Below, piece by piece: positions 59,197-64,000 of a stretch of 64,000 bases of DNA. The notes below the pieces were generated by a model, which was not told the origin of the DNA, did not search any database, and saw only the letters and a program-made list of their open reading frames with translations. Every line of letters begins with the position of its first letter. Positions within the stretch are counted from its first letter, which is position 1. Position numbers and translations under genes: made by a program. Source of the stretch: Candidatus Bathyarchaeota archaeon (GTDB lineage Archaea > Thermoproteota > Bathyarchaeia > Bathyarchaeales > Bathycorpusculaceae); NCBI GenBank assembly GCA_963702095.1, contig OY969706.1:2304001-2368000 (forward strand). The letters are read 5' to 3'.

Positions 59197-60279
59197 ATGC
59201 TCTATGAAATAAACGAGAAAGCCCTAAAACTCGAAAGTGAAGGCAAAAAAATCATTCGACTCAACCTAGGCGACCCCGACATGGCTACACCCCCAGAAAT
59301 CGTGGAGGCAGCCTACGCTTCGATGAAAGAAGGCAAAACCAAGTACTCCTCATCCTACGGCGAACTATCACTACGCAAAGCCATCGCTGAGGTACACGGC
59401 GTCAAACCCGAAAACGTTGTTATCACCCCCGGTTCGAAATGGGCGATATTCTCCACTATGTTTCTCACACTCAAAAACGGCGGCAACGTCATCATCCCCA
59501 CGCCGTACTGGACAGCTTACGACTTAATAGCAAAAAGCATTGGCGCAAAAACCAAATTGCTCCGCACAGAGATGGAGGACGGCTGGAAAATCCACCTTGA
59601 CAAACTCGAAAACCTCATCGACAGCGAAACAAAAATTATACTGCTAAACAACCCTAACAACCCCACCAGCAAAGCCATCGACGACAAAACCCTCGACGGC
59701 ATAGTTGAATTAGCCAACAAAAAAGGCGTCACCATCCTTAGCGACGAAGTCTACGGTGCCATCGCATTTAAGAAAACCAAGAGCATCCTCGACTACGGCG
59801 CAGACAGCCGCCACATCGTCAGCAACGGCTTCAGCAAAACCTTCACGATGACTGGCTGGCGCATCGGCTACTTAGTCGCCAACAAAACCCTAGTTGACAA
59901 CGTCACAAAACTTAACCAGATCACCTTCAACAACGTACCCGTCTTCATCCAAGACGCCGCACTCAAAGGCTTAGAACTCCACAAGCAAATCGCCAGCAAC
60001 ATCAAAGCCAAATACAAAGCCCGCGCCGACCTCGCAAGCAAAAAACTCTCCTCTGCAGGCTTCGAATTCACTAAGCCCGACGCACCCTTCTACGTGTTCC
60101 CAAAGAAAAAAGGGCTCGACGGTACAAAATTCACCCTCAACCTGCTCGACAGCGGCGTAGCAGTAGCCCCAGGCTCAAGCTTCGGCGACTACCCCGAACA
60201 CTTCCGCATCAGCCTAACCGCTCCAGACGACCAAATAGCAGTTGCCCTGGACAAAATCAGCGAGGCAGCAAATCAATGA
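59197..60279 (+). CDS. Class I/II PLP aminotransferase (aromatic/aspartate)
   Basis: NNPNNPT, SDEVY and FSKTFTMTGWRIGY motifs. Confidence 0.9.
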   Translation: MLYEINEKALKLESEGKKIIRLNLGDPDMATPPEIVEAAYASMKEGKTKYSSSYGELSLRKAIAEVHGVKPENVVITPGSKWAIFSTMFLTLKNGGNVIIPTPYWTAYDLIAKSIGAKTKLLRTEMEDGWKIHLDKLENLIDSETKIILLNNPNNPTSKAIDDKTLDGIVELANKKGVTILSDEVYGAIAFKKTKSILDYGADSRHIVSNGFSKTFTMTGWRIGYLVANKTLVDNVTKLNQITFNNVPVFIQDAALKGLELHKQIASNIKAKYKARADLASKKLSSAGFEFTKPDAPFYVFPKKKGLDGTKFTLNLLDSGVAVAPGSSFGDYPEHFRISLTAPDDQIAVALDKISEAANQ

Positions 60280-61148
60280 GGACAGCCGTTCTCGGCGCAG
60301 GAAAAATGGGCATTTGGTTCACAGAGTACTGCAAAGAGAAAGGCGACACAGTAGTCCTTGCTGACCGCAACCCAGAGAAACTGGCAAAGTTAGGCGACGA
60401 GTTGGGCGTTTTAACCGCTGATTTCTCAGCCGCAGTCAAAGGCGCTGACCGCGTTTTACTCTGCATATCCATCTCCAGTTTTGAGGAAACAGTCAAAAAA
60501 ATCGCCTCCTCAATCCACAAGGGGCAGCCTGTCATGGATATCTGCTCCATCAAAGAGTACCCAGTTGAAGTCATGCACACGTATCTCAAAGGCGCCCTCA
60601 CACTGGGCACGCACCCAGTGTTTGGGCCAGGCAGCAACGGCGTAGCCCACAAAGCCTACGTTTTAACCCCCACCAACGCCGAGGAAATAGCCTACGCTAA
60701 AGAATACCAGCGGTGGCTTGAAAGTGAAGGCGCTCACGTCTTTGTCATGACGCCTAAGAAGCATGATGAGTTAATGTCGATCGTGTTGGGGTTCCCACAT
60801 TTCCTCGGCTTAGCCGCCTGCGAAACCCTGCTGGAGCAACCAGCCTTCGCCGAATCCAAAAAGTTGGCGGGAACAACCTACCGCATGCTATTCACCCTCG
60901 TCGAGGCAGTCGCCGCAGAGACGCCTGACCTCTACGCTAATTTGCAGACCAAGCTGCCGGGTATGGAGAAAATTGAGGAGCGGTTCATAGCCAATGCCGA
61001 GGAGTGGCTTGAGTTGATGAAGAAAAAAGATTCCAAAGCCATCATGAACCGCATGGACCGCCTCCGCGCGATATTGGAGAAAACTGACCGTGAATACGGG
61101 AAGAGTTATGAGGATATGTATAGAATGCTTCAGTCAACTGAGGAGTAA
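60276..61148 (+). CDS. tyrA: Prephenate/arogenate dehydrogenase
   Basis: GAGKMG, DICSIK, THPVFGP and HDELMS...PH motifs. Confidence 0.9.
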   Translation: MRTAVLGAGKMGIWFTEYCKEKGDTVVLADRNPEKLAKLGDELGVLTADFSAAVKGADRVLLCISISSFEETVKKIASSIHKGQPVMDICSIKEYPVEVMHTYLKGALTLGTHPVFGPGSNGVAHKAYVLTPTNAEEIAYAKEYQRWLESEGAHVFVMTPKKHDELMSIVLGFPHFLGLAACETLLEQPAFAESKKLAGTTYRMLFTLVEAVAAETPDLYANLQTKLPGMEKIEERFIANAEEWLELMKKKDSKAIMNRMDRLRAILEKTDREYGKSYEDMYRMLQSTEE

Positions 61149-61153
61149 GCAAG

Positions 61154-61786
61154 ATGACTAAGACTTTACTGGTGAACTGTTACCTTGACAGCAACAAAAT
61201 CAACCCCCTCTGCGACGCACTCAACAAGTTCACAGTCTGCAAAACAGTGCCCTACACAAAAATTCAGAAAGACTATCGGTTTGGGGAAGATATCGCCGCA
61301 GTCGTCGTAAGCGGCTCCGAATCCCGCATAGTAAAACCTGAGGACCAAATCAAATTCAAAGGCGTCATAGATTTTATTCCAACATGCGAGGTGCCTCTGT
61401 TCGCCGTTTGTTTTGGGCATCAACTATTATGCACTGCTTTTGGCGCCAAAACCGCTTCGCTTCCCAAGCCAGTCATGGACCGGTTTGAACAGGTTAACAT
61501 TATCCAGACAGGCGACATTCTTAGCCGATTTAGAAAAGGCCAAGCGGTTCCCCTGGCAGAATACCACAACGACTACGTCTTAAAAGACAGCCTCTACGAC
61601 GCAGGCTTCAACTTGATCGCTGACTCCCCAAGCTGCGAAGTGGAAGCGGTGAAGCACAAGAGCAAGTTGTTCTTCGGCGTCCAATTCCACCCCGAACGCA
61701 TCACAATCGGAGACGAAACCCATCCTGAAGGTCATCAAATCATTGATAACTTTTTCTGCAACAATGTGAAACGACTCGGCATCTAG
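61154..61786 (+). CDS. Class I glutamine amidotransferase
   Basis: AVCFGHQ nucleophile elbow and GVQFHPE triad motif. Confidence 0.85.
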   Translation: MTKTLLVNCYLDSNKINPLCDALNKFTVCKTVPYTKIQKDYRFGEDIAAVVVSGSESRIVKPEDQIKFKGVIDFIPTCEVPLFAVCFGHQLLCTAFGAKTASLPKPVMDRFEQVNIIQTGDILSRFRKGQAVPLAEYHNDYVLKDSLYDAGFNLIADSPSCEVEAVKHKSKLFFGVQFHPERITIGDETHPEGHQIIDNFFCNNVKRLGI

Positions 61787-62058
61787 CTCCAAAACTTAAA
61801 CTGCACTATTCAAGTGTGAGATCAGTGTTTTTTCTTTAGTTGTTGTTGCAGGAAATCGCCTATACACAACAACAACCAACAGACTGTCTGGGCGACTGTG
61901 TTTTGGGTTCAGCTTGCGTCTGCAATTGAAGACTGCTTGTGGCGTATTCAACAATCACATCAAAAGAGGGCCGTAAAAGTTGATCTGAGATAGAAACGGA
62001 GCAAATTTGTATTTTTTGGGCAAAAACTAATTACATCCAAACCCAAGCAATAACAAAC

Positions 62059-62529
62059 GTGACCTCTATGGAAAACTGCGCCCGATGCGGAAAAGAGCTG
62101 CTCTGGAATGAGCGGAGAATGGTTTTCTGGAATAAGCAGCTCAAGAAAGGCTACATCAAATGGTACGTTATTGGCTCACGAGATGTGGGTAAACGCAAAG
62201 AATTCCCGGAACTCAAAGGAAAAAAACTTTGCCAAGCCTGCGCATACGCGGTTTTCCTCGGACCATTAGAACAATCAAAGACGCCTAAACCATCCAAACA
62301 ACGCGAGATGCCTCAAACAATCACCAGCATAGAAATCGCTGATTTTGCAGCACTAAACTGTTACCTCAAAGACAACGGCGTAGTCATGTCAGCGTTTAAC
62401 TGCCCCAAATGCAACAGCATGATAGACATCCCAGAAGAGGGCAAAGTTTTGGTTTGCAGACACTGCGGCAACCCAGTCAAGCCAGCGGATGTCTACGAGA
62501 AAGCCAAAGCCCTAATACCCGAAAGTTAA
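62059..62529 (+). CDS. Hypothetical double zinc-ribbon protein
   Basis: CARC/CQAC and CPKC/CRHC pairs. Confidence 0.65.
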   Translation: MTSMENCARCGKELLWNERRMVFWNKQLKKGYIKWYVIGSRDVGKRKEFPELKGKKLCQACAYAVFLGPLEQSKTPKPSKQREMPQTITSIEIADFAALNCYLKDNGVVMSAFNCPKCNSMIDIPEEGKVLVCRHCGNPVKPADVYEKAKALIPES

Positions 62530-62544
62530 ATCGGGGCTTATCTG

Positions 62545-62706
62545 TTTTTTTCTTTATGTGGGTGTGGCGTTTTGCAGGGCACCACAAGAATGCAACTGAA
62601 TGCGGTTGTTTTTTTGGTTTGCTTTGTTTTTCTTTGGCTGTTTTGGTGTGGCAAGTGTGTTTTTCTCCACACGCGGTGCATGGCTCCTTGCAGAATCAGC
62701 CGCCGT
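62545..62706 (-). repeat. Dispersed structured intergenic element family B, copy 3
   Basis: Gap-free alignment with 31388-31547 over ~145 nt, including an exact 23-mer at 62551-62573. Confidence 0.8.
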
Positions 62707-62803
62707 GTGAGTGTGGAAGTATGTTGGATTTGATAATGGATTTACCGTTTAAAGTCAAGGTTTTTCGGAATATTTATGTACCAAATGGTACCATCTGTTA
62801 ACC

Positions 62804-63145
62804 ATGCAGAAACAGACCGATTCAGAAGGTTGCCAAGCGGCAGTGCGCCTCCCAAAATCAGACTACAAAAAAATCCAACACCTCATCGACGCAGGCCTCT
62901 ACCGCAGCTTCGCCGATTTCCTAAGAGACGCCGCGAGGGACAAACTCGCAAGCATGGAAGTCATCAGCGTCAAAGACGTTACAGTACAAGAAGCCGAACA
63001 CATGATTGGAGAATACCTAAAAGCCCATCCGGGGCCAAGTTTTGCCAGCGAAATAGCCGACACACTGGGGCTGGAATACGACATAACTTTTAAAACAATC
63101 CATAAACTGCTTGAAGAAGGACACATCAAGAAGGCAAAGAAATGA
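62804..63145 (+). CDS. RHH + winged-helix protein
   Basis: AVRLP...LIDAGLYRSFADFLRDAAR (RHH), then ASEIADTLGLEYDITFKTIHKLLEEG (wHTH). Confidence 0.8.
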   Translation: MQKQTDSEGCQAAVRLPKSDYKKIQHLIDAGLYRSFADFLRDAARDKLASMEVISVKDVTVQEAEHMIGEYLKAHPGPSFASEIADTLGLEYDITFKTIHKLLEEGHIKKAKK

Positions 63146-63309
63146 CCACCCTAACCAGTGAAGGCGACGGCATAATCGGCAAACGCATAGTCTACATAGC
63201 GCGAAAAGTGTCTGGTCCAAGGCTAATTATGAAGGGTGGGAGGCACCGCGGTATGGAAGGCGTCCTCTACGACGGAAAAGCCTACGTGGACGTAGCTGTT
63301 GAAAAGTGA
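63142..63309 (+). CDS. 55-aa ORF translationally coupled to the RHH-wHTH gene
   Basis: ATGA overlap; MTTLTSEGDGIIGKRIVYIARKVSGPRLIMKGGRHRGMEGVLYDGKAYVDVAVEK. Confidence 0.4.
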   Translation: MTTLTSEGDGIIGKRIVYIARKVSGPRLIMKGGRHRGMEGVLYDGKAYVDVAVEK

Positions 63310-63645
63310 TTACTGAATTAGGTAACCCAAGGGCAGGACCCCAGTATTTTATGAAGCGCCCATCAACAAGTTATTTTAATATCTATTACGACACTATACT
63401 GGGACGGTATACTTGGGATTAGAAAGCGGCGTCAAACTAGGCGGCTCTGGGGCAGTTTTGTTGCACTCAGCCTTACGTTCCTCATGCTTGCTTGGGGCTA
63501 CTTCGTAGGAGCCGACGCTGTAACGTTTTGTTTGTTCTTGATAATTTCCCTTGCCGCCGCCTTTTCGGTGCTGATTATTTTTAGGGCAAAACGAGGAGTA
63601 AAGCAAGACTGAAATGCCCGCTACGTTGGGCCAGAACTCGTCGGC

Positions 63646-64000
63646 TTAGATAACTCGCGGGTAGCTTCCCAGAATCTTTATGAAATTCGCGTACTTCTCC
63701 AAGGCCGCCAACGCCTCAGTGCAACGTTTCTCTGTCCGATGCCCCTCGAAATCAACGTAAAAGTTGTATTGCCAGGCGGTGGTTTTGGTGGGTCTGGATT
63801 CGATGCGTGTTAGGTTGATGTTGCGGGATGCGAATTCGCCGATTGCGTGATAGAGCGTGCCCGGCGCATGTTTGAGCGAGAAGATGATGCTGGTTTTGTC
63901 GTCGCCAGTTGGTGCCGCATCTTCTAATCCCAGTACGAGGAAGCGGGTGTAGTTGGTGGGGTTGTCGGCGATGTCTCTTGCGAGGATTTTCATGCCGTAG
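63646..64000 (-). CDS. pheA: Prephenate dehydratase, C-terminal part with ACT domain
   Basis: NYTRFLVL, KTSIIF, PGTL, INLTRIESRP, YNFYVD and LGSYP motifs. Confidence 0.93.
   Translation of the reverse strand, partial: YGMKILARDIADNPTNYTRFLVLGLEDAAPTGDDKTSIIFSLKHAPGTLYHAIGEFASRNINLTRIESRPTKTTAWQYNFYVDFEGHRTEKRCTEALAALEKYANFIKILGSYPRVI

Noticed and set aside
557-63220. Numerous short antisense or overlapping ORFs in the track (e.g. 5807-6184, 22573-23025, 44621-45247, 51326-51958, 58266-58826)
   Set aside because: They are shadow frames of well-supported genes on the opposite strand and have no motifs of their own.
63394-63606. 70-aa minus-strand ORF downstream of pheA
   Set aside because: No SD, no recognisable motif and low-complexity composition; cannot be supported as a gene.

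Overview
Archaeal chromosomal DNA, most likely Candidatus Bathyarchaeia. This is inferred from topoisomerase VI, the archaeal ADH-synthase/DHQ-synthase-II route, GHMP-type shikimate kinase, and expanded families of PQQ-propeller and 'PSVPQFTV' surface proteins. Left to right: (1) two tandem cassettes, each a secreted beta-propeller gene divergent from a double-Lrp regulator; (2) an MFS gene, a FtsX/LolD-type ABC system and a ~17 kb surface-glycosylation cluster; (3) top6B/top6A, ilvD, membrane and secreted hypotheticals, an F420 LLM oxidoreductase, an MFS, a LeuB-family dehydrogenase, RPA and Hsp20; (4) the anaerobic homocysteine synthesis trio (COG1900-CBS, NIL-ferredoxin, COG2122); (5) a 12-gene aromatic amino acid operon led by an aspartokinase, with pheA convergent at the window end. 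Several genes are broken by single-base indels that look like assembly errors. The main finding is an unannotated 29-codon leader ORF (50878-50967, MTSKEAKSSIRKWQFHSFDYGFYYYGYFP). Ten of its last 17 codons are Trp/Phe/Tyr. It lies between a TATA box and the aromatic operon and is followed immediately by a GC-rich hairpin enclosing a U6 tract, which is the layout of a leader-peptide attenuator, here in an archaeon. Also notable: several genes that seem to need non-AUG/GUG/UUG start codons, and two dispersed intergenic repeat families with hairpin-conserving substitutions. No tRNA, rRNA, CRISPR array or transposase was recognised. All calls are by eye; no searches were run.
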